Source: an uncultured Clostridia bacterium (GTDB taxonomy: Bacteria > Bacillota > Clostridia > Christensenellales > CAG-138). From it: DNA of 64,000 bases. Below are positions 46,033 through 54,327 of the stretch, piece after piece. How positions within the stretch are numbered: position 1 is the stretch's first letter; each line of letters begins with the position of its first letter. The notes under the pieces are model-generated. The model saw only the letters and a program-made list of their open reading frames with translations, did no database searches and was not told the DNA's origin. The DNA is taken from contig CAMHJE010000001.1 of NCBI GenBank assembly GCA_946185305.1, positions 23,636 to 87,635 on the forward strand, read 5' to 3'. The position numbers and the translations under genes were made by a program.

Positions 46033-47444
46033 AAAAACTGACATTGATCGGCGGCGGGAGCGTCCGCACGTATTACTTCATCGAATCGCTGCTGCGCTTC
46101 TACCGCCGCATGGAGATCGGCGAGGTCGCCGTGATGGATACCGACCCGGTCAAGCTGCGCTACTTCGGCGGCTTGGCAAAGTATCTTTGCACGCGTGAAA
46201 AGGCCGAGCTGCGCGTCACACTGCACACGGACGCGGTGGAAGCTCTGAAAAACGCCGATTATGTCGTCACCACCGTGCGCACCGGCGGGGATGAAACGCG
46301 CGTGCGGGACGAGCGCATCGCGCTGTCGCACGGCGTGATCGGGCAGGAAACGACCGGCGCGGGCGGCTTTTCGTACGCGATCCGCACGATCCCGGTCATG
46401 CTGGACTATATGCGCCTGATCCGCGAGCACGCTAAGCCGAACGCTCCGGTGTTCAACTTTACGAATCCGTCCGGTCTTGTCACGCAGGCGCTGTACGACG
46501 CGGGCTATGACAACATCATCGGGATCTGTGACAATGCGACCGGCATCAAGATCGACACGGCGAACGCGCTCGGCGTCAACGCAAGCGATCTCGTCGTCAA
46601 GGTCTACGGGCTGAACCATCTTTCGTGGGCGAACCGCGTCGAGGTCGGCGGCGTCAATATTCTGCCGCGGCTGCTGGCAAATGATTCCTTCATCGAGGGC
46701 TTCCACCAGTTCCGGTACTTCGACCGCGACTTGATCCGACGCTTAAAAGCGATCCCGAACGGCTATCTCTATTACTTTTACCACCGCGAGCGCGCGCTGC
46801 ATAACCTGTTGTCCGCGCCCGAAACGCGCGGCGAAAGCATCCTCCGCATCAACACGGCGATGATGGCAGAGCTGAAAAAGCACGATATCGACGCCGAGCC
46901 GGAAGCGTGCCTTGCGATCTACCGCGAGTACATGCGCCGGCGCGAGGGCAGCTATATGCAGATCGAGCTCGGCGGCAGCGTGCCGCATGGCGCGGCGGTC
47001 GATCCCGATGCACTCGGCATCCGGCAGCTGCTCGGAAATAAACCCGTTACGGAAATCTACGAGGGCTATGCGGGCGTCGTATTCAACTATATCGACAGCG
47101 TGCAGGAGGATAAGGGCATCGACCTTGCGATCAGCGTCCCGAACCGCGGCGCGATTTCCGTGATGGCGGACGACGACGTTTTGGAGATTACCTGCCGGAT
47201 CGGCAAGGACGGCGCGGTGCCGATGCGCTTTGCACCGGAGGAGATCGACGAAACGAACCTCGCGCTGATGAAGACGATCAAGCGGTATGAACGGCTGACC
47301 GTGGAGGCCGTGCAAACCAAGTCCAAGGCCGCCGCGCGCGAGGCGCTGATGCAGCACCCGCTTGTCGGGGACTATGCCTTGGCCAAGGCGCTTGTGGACG
47401 AGTATGCGGCGCTGAACGCGCCGTGGATCGGAGAATGGCGATGA
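46029..47444 (+). CDS. GH4-family NAD/Mn-dependent glycosidase
   Basis: LTLIGGGSVRT, GQETTGAGGF, NFTNPSG, GICDN. ATGA overlap with the previous gene. The ORF-track N-terminal extension was discarded. Confidence 0.85.
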   Translation: MKKLTLIGGGSVRTYYFIESLLRFYRRMEIGEVAVMDTDPVKLRYFGGLAKYLCTREKAELRVTLHTDAVEALKNADYVVTTVRTGGDETRVRDERIALSHGVIGQETTGAGGFSYAIRTIPVMLDYMRLIREHAKPNAPVFNFTNPSGLVTQALYDAGYDNIIGICDNATGIKIDTANALGVNASDLVVKVYGLNHLSWANRVEVGGVNILPRLLANDSFIEGFHQFRYFDRDLIRRLKAIPNGYLYYFYHRERALHNLLSAPETRGESILRINTAMMAELKKHDIDAEPEACLAIYREYMRRREGSYMQIELGGSVPHGAAVDPDALGIRQLLGNKPVTEIYEGYAGVVFNYIDSVQEDKGIDLAISVPNRGAISVMADDDVLEITCRIGKDGAVPMRFAPEEIDETNLALMKTIKRYERLTVEAVQTKSKAAAREALMQHPLVGDYALAKALVDEYAALNAPWIGEWR

Positions 47445-48316
47445 AGCGCATCCTTTGTATCGCGGGAAGCTGCTGCGATCTGGTGTTCGGCGGGCTCGAC
47501 CGCCTGCCGTCCTTGGGAGAGGAAATCTTCGGCACGCATTTTTCGATGCAGGCGGGCGGCGGCGCGAACACGGCGGTGCAGCTCGGACGGCTCGGCGCCG
47601 ACGTGTCGTTTTGGACGCTGCTCGGCCCCGACCTCGCGGGCGGCATCGTGCGGGACGCGCTTGTAAAGGCGAATGTGCGGCTGATCGAGCACGGGCAGAT
47701 CATCGGCAGAACTCCGGTTTCGGCCGTGCTGAGCACGAAGGAGGATCGCGCCTTTGCGTCGTTCGATGCGGGCGATCCGCTGATCGAAAACGTCGCGGCG
47801 CTCGAAACGGCGATTGCAAAAGCCGATATCGTGCATACGTTCCTTGGCTACTGCCTGTCGTATCCGATAGCGGAGCTGTGCCGCAAGCATCATAAAATCC
47901 TGTCCGTGGACTGCTCCTTTTGCGACGCACCGGGCGAGCAGACCGATGCGATCCTGCGCGAATGTGACTACTGGAAGGGCAACGAGGGCGAGGCGCTCCG
48001 TCTGACTGGCGCGGCCGACGTCGAAACGGCGCTTTTGCACCTTGCGGGCATGGTGCGACGCGGCGCCGTCGTCACGCTCGGCGGTGAAGGAAGCCTCGGC
48101 ACGGAGCGCGGCAGGACGCCGGTTTTTGTCCCCGCCGCGCCGATCGAGCGTTTCGTTGACGCCTGCGGCGCGGGCGACGCGTATGCGGCGGGCTTTTTGT
48201 TCGGACTGGCCGACGACGAGCCGTTTGCGGCCTGCATGGCGCGCGGCGCGGCCCTTGCCGCCTCGGTCGTACAGCACTATGGCGGCACACCGGAGCAAGA
48301 GCGCTTCTGCAACTGA
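47441..48316 (+). CDS. PfkB/ribokinase-family sugar kinase
   Basis: GGGANTAVQLGRLG and DACGAGDAYAAGF. ATGA overlap with the GH4 stop. Confidence 0.85.
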   Translation: MKRILCIAGSCCDLVFGGLDRLPSLGEEIFGTHFSMQAGGGANTAVQLGRLGADVSFWTLLGPDLAGGIVRDALVKANVRLIEHGQIIGRTPVSAVLSTKEDRAFASFDAGDPLIENVAALETAIAKADIVHTFLGYCLSYPIAELCRKHHKILSVDCSFCDAPGEQTDAILRECDYWKGNEGEALRLTGAADVETALLHLAGMVRRGAVVTLGGEGSLGTERGRTPVFVPAAPIERFVDACGAGDAYAAGFLFGLADDEPFAACMARGAALAASVVQHYGGTPEQERFCN

Positions 48317-48337
48317 AAAACACAGATTTGACGCATG

Positions 48338-48351
48338 AGTAAACGTTTTCA
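48338..48351. promoter_or_regulatory. LacI-type operator, site D
   Basis: agtaaaCGttttca, upstream of the -35 box of the lipoprotein promoter. Confidence 0.45.
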
Positions 48352-48370
48352 AATTTTTTCCGAAAACCAC

Positions 48371-48399
48371 TTGCATCTATGTAAAGATTATGTTATCAT
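48371..48399 (+). promoter_or_regulatory. Promoter of the triple-repeat lipoprotein gene
   Basis: TTGCAT-17 nt-TATCAT with an extended -10 (TGTTATCAT). Confidence 0.55.
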
Positions 48400-48406
48400 G
48401 CAGTTG

Positions 48407-48420
48407 GGAAAAGGTTTACT
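48407..48420. promoter_or_regulatory. Degenerate operator-like site E
   Basis: ggaaaaGGtttact. The central CG is replaced by GG. It overlaps the predicted +1. Confidence 0.3.
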
Positions 48421-48460
48421 CAAAATTTACCCCTACAAAAATACAAACAGGAGAGAACGT

Positions 48461-50335
48461 ATGAAAAAGGTATCTTGGTTATTGGCAGTTTTGATGCTGC
48501 TTTCGGTCGTTTTCGGCTGTACGGCGACCCCGGCGCCCGCCGCGTCCACGCCGACCGAAGCGCCCGCGGCAACCGTGACCGAAGCGCCCAAGGCAACGGA
48601 AGCGCCCGCACCCACCGAGGCGCCCGCGCCGGAACCCGAGGCCGAACCGGTCAAGGAGCCCGCTGTGTACAACAGCGTCGAGGGCTTTCATGACGATACG
48701 GCGACCGAAGGCGTCTGGCAGTATTATTACAGCATCGACGACGGCGCGACCGTGACCGATCCCTGCGAGGATTACACCGATTACGGCGGATACGGCGGCT
48801 GGCATCCTTGGGAAGGCTCCTATGTGGGCGTCGGCTTCAACCATGACGTCGAAGGGTATCTGGAGTTCAACACCGATCAGCGCGGCGGTTTGATGGGCGT
48901 TCTCGTCTTTGAAGCGCCCGCGGACGGCAAGTATGTCGTGACTGCGCAGATCTGGAACCCGTGGGAGCAGGATCTGGACAGCTACACCGTCAAGAACGAC
49001 AAGTTTGAGACCGTTGTGGAGCAGTCGATGGACGAGCTTGTGGACGTGTACGGCTTCATTACCCCGACCGATGTGGAGATGAAGACCGGCGAAAAGTTGT
49101 ACTTCATGTGCAACTCCAAGAGCGAATCCTGGGCAAGCGCCTATTCCAACGTCACGATCTACTATGAGCCGCAGGACGAATCCGTCTATGTGATTCCGGA
49201 AGTCGTGATGCCGGTTAAGGAAGTGGTCGGCGTCGATCCGGACTTCGAGCAGGAAGCCAAGTGGAACGCGGTAAAGGACTTCGACCGCACCGCTGCGGAC
49301 GGCTCCAACACGCCTTGGGTCTATGCAACGACTGTGGCATGGGGCGAGTTTGCGATCAACGAAAAGTATGAGGAGCAGGATTGGGACGGCGACGGCAAGG
49401 CCGACGCGAACCAGTGGTACTCCGCCGACGGCACCGGCATGGGCTTTAACTTCAACGAAGCCTACGGCGGCAACTATCTCGAACTGAACACGACGGACTA
49501 CGGCGCGACCGTTTCCGCGCTCGGTTTCAAGGCGCCCGCTGCCGGCACCTACGCGTTCAACGGCTATGTTATGAATATCTGGGGCGCGAATGCGAACATG
49601 CTCCGCGTCTATAAGGGCAGCGAGTATTACAAGGACTTCGCCGCCAAGGAATACAAGGAAAAGCCCAACGAGTTTGCGTTCACCGCAAAGCTCGAGGAGG
49701 GCGAGATCGTTTGGCTGTTCGTCGATTCCGAGGGCGGCTGGGTCTCCTCCGCACTGTCCGTGTTCGTCAATGAGACCGAGGATGCGCCGGTCGTCGAGGT
49801 GAATCTGCTGCAGGACGCCAAGTGGGCGGCCTACCGCGACTTTGACCGTACCGCGGCGGACGGCTCCAACACGCCGTGGATCTACGCCACGACCGTGGCA
49901 TGGGGCGAGTTTACGACCAACGTGAAGTATGACGAGCCCGACTGGGACGGCGACGGCGCACCGAACGCGAACCAGTGGTATTCCGAGGACGGCACCGGCA
50001 TGGGCATTTCGTTCTCCTACGATGAGGGCTACCTCGAGCTGAACACGACTGACTACGGCGCGACCGTGTCCTGCCTCGGCTTCAAGGCTCCGGCCGCAGG
50101 CACTTACGCGTTCAACGGCTATGTCCGCAACCCGTGGGGCCAGAGCATGAACCTGCTCCGCGTCTATAAGAACGCCGATTACTTCGCCGACTTCCCGGCG
50201 GGCGAGTTCGTCGATGCGCCGAACGCGTTCGACTTTGAGGTCGAGCTGGCCGAAGGCGACATCGTTTGGGTGTTCGTCGATTCCAACGGCGGCTGGGTCA
50301 GCGCGGCGGTCGCTCTGTTCGTCAACGAGAAGTAA
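48461..50335 (+). CDS. Surface lipoprotein with a Pro/Thr/Ala/Glu linker and three tandem CBM-like domains of about 185 aa
   Basis: Lipobox VVFGCT. Repeats 2 and 3 are nearly collinear (AKW..DFDRTAADGSNTPW.YATTVAWGEF...GFKAPAAGTYAFNGYV...). Repeat 1 is divergent (FEAPADGKYVVTAQIW). Confidence 0.75.
   Translation: MKKVSWLLAVLMLLSVVFGCTATPAPAASTPTEAPAATVTEAPKATEAPAPTEAPAPEPEAEPVKEPAVYNSVEGFHDDTATEGVWQYYYSIDDGATVTDPCEDYTDYGGYGGWHPWEGSYVGVGFNHDVEGYLEFNTDQRGGLMGVLVFEAPADGKYVVTAQIWNPWEQDLDSYTVKNDKFETVVEQSMDELVDVYGFITPTDVEMKTGEKLYFMCNSKSESWASAYSNVTIYYEPQDESVYVIPEVVMPVKEVVGVDPDFEQEAKWNAVKDFDRTAADGSNTPWVYATTVAWGEFAINEKYEEQDWDGDGKADANQWYSADGTGMGFNFNEAYGGNYLELNTTDYGATVSALGFKAPAAGTYAFNGYVMNIWGANANMLRVYKGSEYYKDFAAKEYKEKPNEFAFTAKLEEGEIVWLFVDSEGGWVSSALSVFVNETEDAPVVEVNLLQDAKWAAYRDFDRTAADGSNTPWIYATTVAWGEFTTNVKYDEPDWDGDGAPNANQWYSEDGTGMGISFSYDEGYLELNTTDYGATVSCLGFKAPAAGTYAFNGYVRNPWGQSMNLLRVYKNADYFADFPAGEFVDAPNAFDFEVELAEGDIVWVFVDSNGGWVSAAVALFVNEK
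49256..50332 (+). repeat. Tandem in-frame duplication with a period of 561 bp, inside the lipoprotein gene
   Basis: gccaagtgg... begins at both 49256 and 49817. Long identical runs include gacggctccaacacgcc and gtggcatggggcgagttt. Confidence 0.8.
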
Positions 50336-50364
50336 TTCCAACCGTACAGCATAAGTCAGGTTGC

Positions 50365-50403
50365 GGAGGTTATGAGGAGGCAGCCTCCTCGTAACCTCCT
50401 TTT
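50365..50403 (+). terminator. Strong intrinsic terminator after the lipoprotein gene
   Basis: GGAGGTTATGAGGAGG-cag-CCTCCTCGTAACCTCC, a 16-bp stem with one G.U pair, followed by TTTT. Confidence 0.8.
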
Positions 50404-50424
50404 CCGTTCAAAAGGGAGAGAACG

Positions 50425-53400
50425 ATGAAACCATTTCGCAAGCAGGAACAGCATTTCACGGCGCTCCGCACGCTGTTGGAGCGCGGCGTGTATCACGCGG
50501 CGGCTCCGCTTTCCATGACGGCCTTGATCACGTCCGATCCCGTGCCGTATGAAAACAGGGCGACAGAGACGATGACGCCGCTTGCGCCCGGCGATCATTG
50601 GGGCGATCTGTTCGACTGCGCATGGGTGCACTTTACCGCGCCGCTGCCCGCCGCATTTCCGCCGGAGGCCGCGCTGTGCCGGCAAAAGCATTGGGCGCTG
50701 CTTGTCGATCTGTCCGCCGAGGGACTGGTGTATAACGCGCTCAGCGAGCCGGTGCAGGGCTTAACGAGTGCCACGTCGCGCAACGAGTTCCCGCTCGGGC
50801 TTTGGGGCAAGCGCACGGTCGAGCTGGCCGATACGATCCAAAACGGACGCATCGATTTTTGGGCGGACTTCACCTGCTGCGACGTGGAGGGACAGTACCG
50901 CAACGGCGGCCGCGTCAAGGAGGCGTGTACCGCTTGGGTGGACGACCTCTGCCGCGACGCGTTCTATGACTGGCAGATCGTCCAAAGCCTGTTTGTCGGG
51001 CTGATGGAAAACGGCGATCCCTACGGCGAGGAGGTCGGCGCGGTTTTGGAGCGCGCGGCGGCGGTTCTGGAGAATGCGCTCGGGCTGACCTATTCCGAAG
51101 CGGAAGGCATGCAGTCCGGCACCACGCCGTTTTTCGGCCGCGACGCATACTTTACCGACGAAACGCCGAGCGCCGTCGAAGCCGCGGGCGAGCGCCTTTC
51201 GATCTGGCCGGACGCGGAAACCGAACCGACCAAAAGGACGCAGCTTGTTTTGCAGCAGGACGCGCTGACCGAGGTGCGCCGGATTCTTGCCGAGGTGCTG
51301 GACAGAAAAAACGAGCATCCCGATTACGTGTATTCCGCCATCGGGCACAGTCATCTCGATTTGCTGTTCCTTTGGACGGAGCGCGAGACATACCGCAAGA
51401 GCGCGCGCACGATTGCGAACGTGCTGCGGATCATGGATATTGATCCGAACTATCAGTTTACGCTGAGCCAGGCGCCGGTCTACCGGTGGCTGAAGGCGCA
51501 GTATCCGTCCCTGTACCGGCGGCTTTTACGCCGCGTGGAGGAGGGGCGGCTCGAAATCGTCGGCGCGCTGTATATCGAGTGCGACACGAACCTGCCCTGC
51601 GGCGAATCGCTCGCACGGCAGCTGCTGTACGGCAAACGCTTTTTCCGCGAAGAATTTCATAAAGATATGCGCGTTTGCTTTTTGCCCGACGTTTTCGGCT
51701 ATTCGGCGGCGCTGCCGCAGCTGTTGAAGCTCGCGGATGTGCCCTACTTTACGACCAACAAGCTTTCCATGAACGACACGAACCGTTTCCCGCGCTATAC
51801 GTTCTGGTGGCACGGGCTCGACGGGACGCGCGTTCTGACGCACATGCCGCCCGAAAACAGCTACACCTCGGCGGTCGTGCCGCAGATGGCGCTGTACGGC
51901 TATTACCACGACACCGACAAGGACCTTTGCCCGCGCGGACTGGAGCTGTTCGGCCTCGGCGACGGCGGCGGCGGGCCGGGCTTGGAGCATGTCGAGCGGC
52001 GCAGGCGGACGAGAAACCTCAAGGGCTGTCCGCCGTTTGAGGACGAGTTTGTCGTGGACTTTTTCGACCGGATCGCCAAGGACGCCGACCGCTATCGCGC
52101 ATGGCACGGCGAGCTGTACTTTGAACGGCATCAGGGCACCTATACCTCGATTGCGCGGCAAAAGCGGTGGAACCGCACGCTCGAAACCGACCTGCATGCG
52201 TTGGAGCTTGCGGCGTCGCTTGCGCTCGGTACGGACGGTTACGAGTACCCGGCGGCATGGCTGAAAAGCGCGTGGGAGGATGTGCTGTTATACCAGTTCC
52301 ACGACTGTCTGCCCGGTTCCGCGATCCCGCCTGTGTATGAGCAGACGCAGGCGCGCTATGCCGAGCTGCATGCGCAGGCCGAGGGGAAGCTGCAGGAAGC
52401 CCTTGCTGCGCTGACCCAGCACATGGGTAGGGCCGGTGCGCATGGCACGGTCGTGCTGAATCCGTCGCCGTTTGCGCGAACCGAGCGGATCGGCAGCGGC
52501 TTTGCGCCGGTCACGCTGCCGCCGTGCAGCGCGGTGTGGCTCGATGGCGAGATCCCCCAAGCGCGCACAACCGTGTCGGCACAGCAGCCGCCGTACACGC
52601 TCGAAAACGAATACCTTTGCGTGACCGTTCATCCGGACGGCACGATCACCGACCTATACGATAAGCGCACGGGCAGACGGCCTTTGGCGAACGATAAAGC
52701 CGGCAACGTTTTGACGCTCTACCCCGACGAGCTGACGCATTGGGACATCAACAAGGCGTATCTGCATGAACAGGGGCAGCGGGCAATCTGCACGGCCTGC
52801 GAACGGTTTTCAACCGAGACCGCCGAGGGCGTGCGTCTAACTTATGCGGTCGGCGAGCACTCGACGCTTTGGCAGACGATCACGCTCGAAAAGGGCAGCG
52901 CACGACTTACATTCGACTGTCATGCGGATTGGCAGGAGGAATACCAAATGCTGCGCGTTTCGTTCCCGACCTCGATCGTCACGGATCACGCAACGTGCGA
53001 AATCCAGTTCGGCCACCTCGACCGTCCGACGCATCACAATACGTCGTGGGACGAGGCGAAGTTTGAGGTCTGCGCGCAGCGCTGGGTCGATATGACCGAC
53101 GCGGCGGGCGGCGCGGCGCTGCTGGCGGACTGCAAATACGGCTATAAGGTGTGGGACAACGTGCTCGACCTTTGCCTGCTGCGCAGTCAGAACTGTCCCG
53201 CCGAGCACGGCGATATCGGCGAACATGCGTTCACCTACGCGCTGCTGCCGCACGACGGCGATGCGTATGACGGCGGCGTGATCGCGGAGGGCTACCGGCT
53301 GACCTATCCGCTGCCGCACCTAAGCGTCGTCGGCGCGGGCGGCGAAACGGCGCTGTGTCCGTTCCGGGTCACGGCGGGCACGGCGGTGCTCGAAACCGTC

Positions 53401-53616
53401 AAAAAGGCCGAGGACAGCGATCAACTCGTCCTGCGGCTCTATGAGGCCAAGGGCGGCGCGACGACCGCGCGGCTTGCGCTTGCGGGTTATGCGCCGGCGG
53501 CGATCTGCAATCTGTTGGAGGAGCCGACGGGAGAAGCGTATACGTGGGAAAACGGCGAGCTGGTTCTGCCGTTCCATCCGTTTGAAATCAAATCCATTCT
53601 GGTACAACGAACCTGA
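50425..53616 (+). CDS. GH38 alpha-mannosidase (MngB-like, cytoplasmic)
   Basis: AIGHSHLDLLFLW metal-binding N-terminal motif. 1063 aa with a GH38 domain order. Confidence 0.88.
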   Translation: MKPFRKQEQHFTALRTLLERGVYHAAAPLSMTALITSDPVPYENRATETMTPLAPGDHWGDLFDCAWVHFTAPLPAAFPPEAALCRQKHWALLVDLSAEGLVYNALSEPVQGLTSATSRNEFPLGLWGKRTVELADTIQNGRIDFWADFTCCDVEGQYRNGGRVKEACTAWVDDLCRDAFYDWQIVQSLFVGLMENGDPYGEEVGAVLERAAAVLENALGLTYSEAEGMQSGTTPFFGRDAYFTDETPSAVEAAGERLSIWPDAETEPTKRTQLVLQQDALTEVRRILAEVLDRKNEHPDYVYSAIGHSHLDLLFLWTERETYRKSARTIANVLRIMDIDPNYQFTLSQAPVYRWLKAQYPSLYRRLLRRVEEGRLEIVGALYIECDTNLPCGESLARQLLYGKRFFREEFHKDMRVCFLPDVFGYSAALPQLLKLADVPYFTTNKLSMNDTNRFPRYTFWWHGLDGTRVLTHMPPENSYTSAVVPQMALYGYYHDTDKDLCPRGLELFGLGDGGGGPGLEHVERRRRTRNLKGCPPFEDEFVVDFFDRIAKDADRYRAWHGELYFERHQGTYTSIARQKRWNRTLETDLHALELAASLALGTDGYEYPAAWLKSAWEDVLLYQFHDCLPGSAIPPVYEQTQARYAELHAQAEGKLQEALAALTQHMGRAGAHGTVVLNPSPFARTERIGSGFAPVTLPPCSAVWLDGEIPQARTTVSAQQPPYTLENEYLCVTVHPDGTITDLYDKRTGRRPLANDKAGNVLTLYPDELTHWDINKAYLHEQGQRAICTACERFSTETAEGVRLTYAVGEHSTLWQTITLEKGSARLTFDCHADWQEEYQMLRVSFPTSIVTDHATCEIQFGHLDRPTHHNTSWDEAKFEVCAQRWVDMTDAAGGAALLADCKYGYKVWDNVLDLCLLRSQNCPAEHGDIGEHAFTYALLPHDGDAYDGGVIAEGYRLTYPLPHLSVVGAGGETALCPFRVTAGTAVLETVKKAEDSDQLVLRLYEAKGGATTARLALAGYAPAAICNLLEEPTGEAYTWENGELVLPFHPFEIKSILVQRT

Positions 53617-53643
53617 CCGCTGATGCGGCACGAAAGGAGCTTT

Positions 53644-54327
53644 ATGAAACGTTCCCAAATCAATCAAATCATCCGCGAAACGGAAGCGCTTTTGGCGGCG
53701 CATCAGATCCGCCTTGCGCCGTTTTTCAACTGGACGCCCGAGGAGTGGGCCAAGAAGGGTCACGAATGTGACGAGATCCGGGACAACGCGCTCGGCTGGG
53801 ACGTGACGGACTTCGGCGCGGGCGATTTCGACAATATCGGCCTGACCGCGCTGACGATCCGCAACGGCAACGCCAAGGAGCCGGGCAAGTATCCGAAGCC
53901 CTATGCCGAAAAAATCCTGATCGCGCGCGAGGGACAGGTCACACCGCTGCACTTCCATTGGTACAAGATGGAGGACATCATCAACCGCGGCGGCGGGGTG
54001 CTGATGATGCAGCTGTATAACGCGACCGAAAACGAGGAACTCGACCTTGTGAACCCGGTTGAGATCGTGTCCGACGGCGTGAAGCTGACGATCCCCGCAG
54101 GCGGGTATCTCGAACTGCAGCCGGGGCAGAGCGTGACCTATACGCAATATCTCTATCACGCGTTCTGGGGCAAAAAGGGCACCGGCGACGTGATCGTGGG
54201 CGAGGTTTCGATGTGCAACGACGACAACACCGACAATCGCTTTTACGACGTGCCGGGGCGCTTCCCGGCCATCGACGAGGACGAAGCACCTTACCGCCTG
54301 CTGTGCAACGAGTACCCGAACGCATGA
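53644..54327 (+). CDS. D-lyxose/D-mannose ketol-isomerase (cupin)
   Basis: TPLHFHWYKMEDIINRGGG cupin metal motif. AAAGGAG RBS before MKRSQINQ. Confidence 0.8.
   Translation: MKRSQINQIIRETEALLAAHQIRLAPFFNWTPEEWAKKGHECDEIRDNALGWDVTDFGAGDFDNIGLTALTIRNGNAKEPGKYPKPYAEKILIAREGQVTPLHFHWYKMEDIINRGGGVLMMQLYNATENEELDLVNPVEIVSDGVKLTIPAGGYLELQPGQSVTYTQYLYHAFWGKKGTGDVIVGEVSMCNDDNTDNRFYDVPGRFPAIDEDEAPYRLLCNEYPNA

Noticed and set aside
48520-48660. Short repeated DNA units (accgaagcgccc...), considered as a possible tandem repeat or CRISPR-like array.
   Set aside because: The region is in frame inside the lipoprotein gene and encodes a Pro/Thr/Ala/Glu linker (TEAPAATVTEAPKATEAPAPTEAPAPEPEAEP). It has no spacer/repeat regularity and no cas genes.
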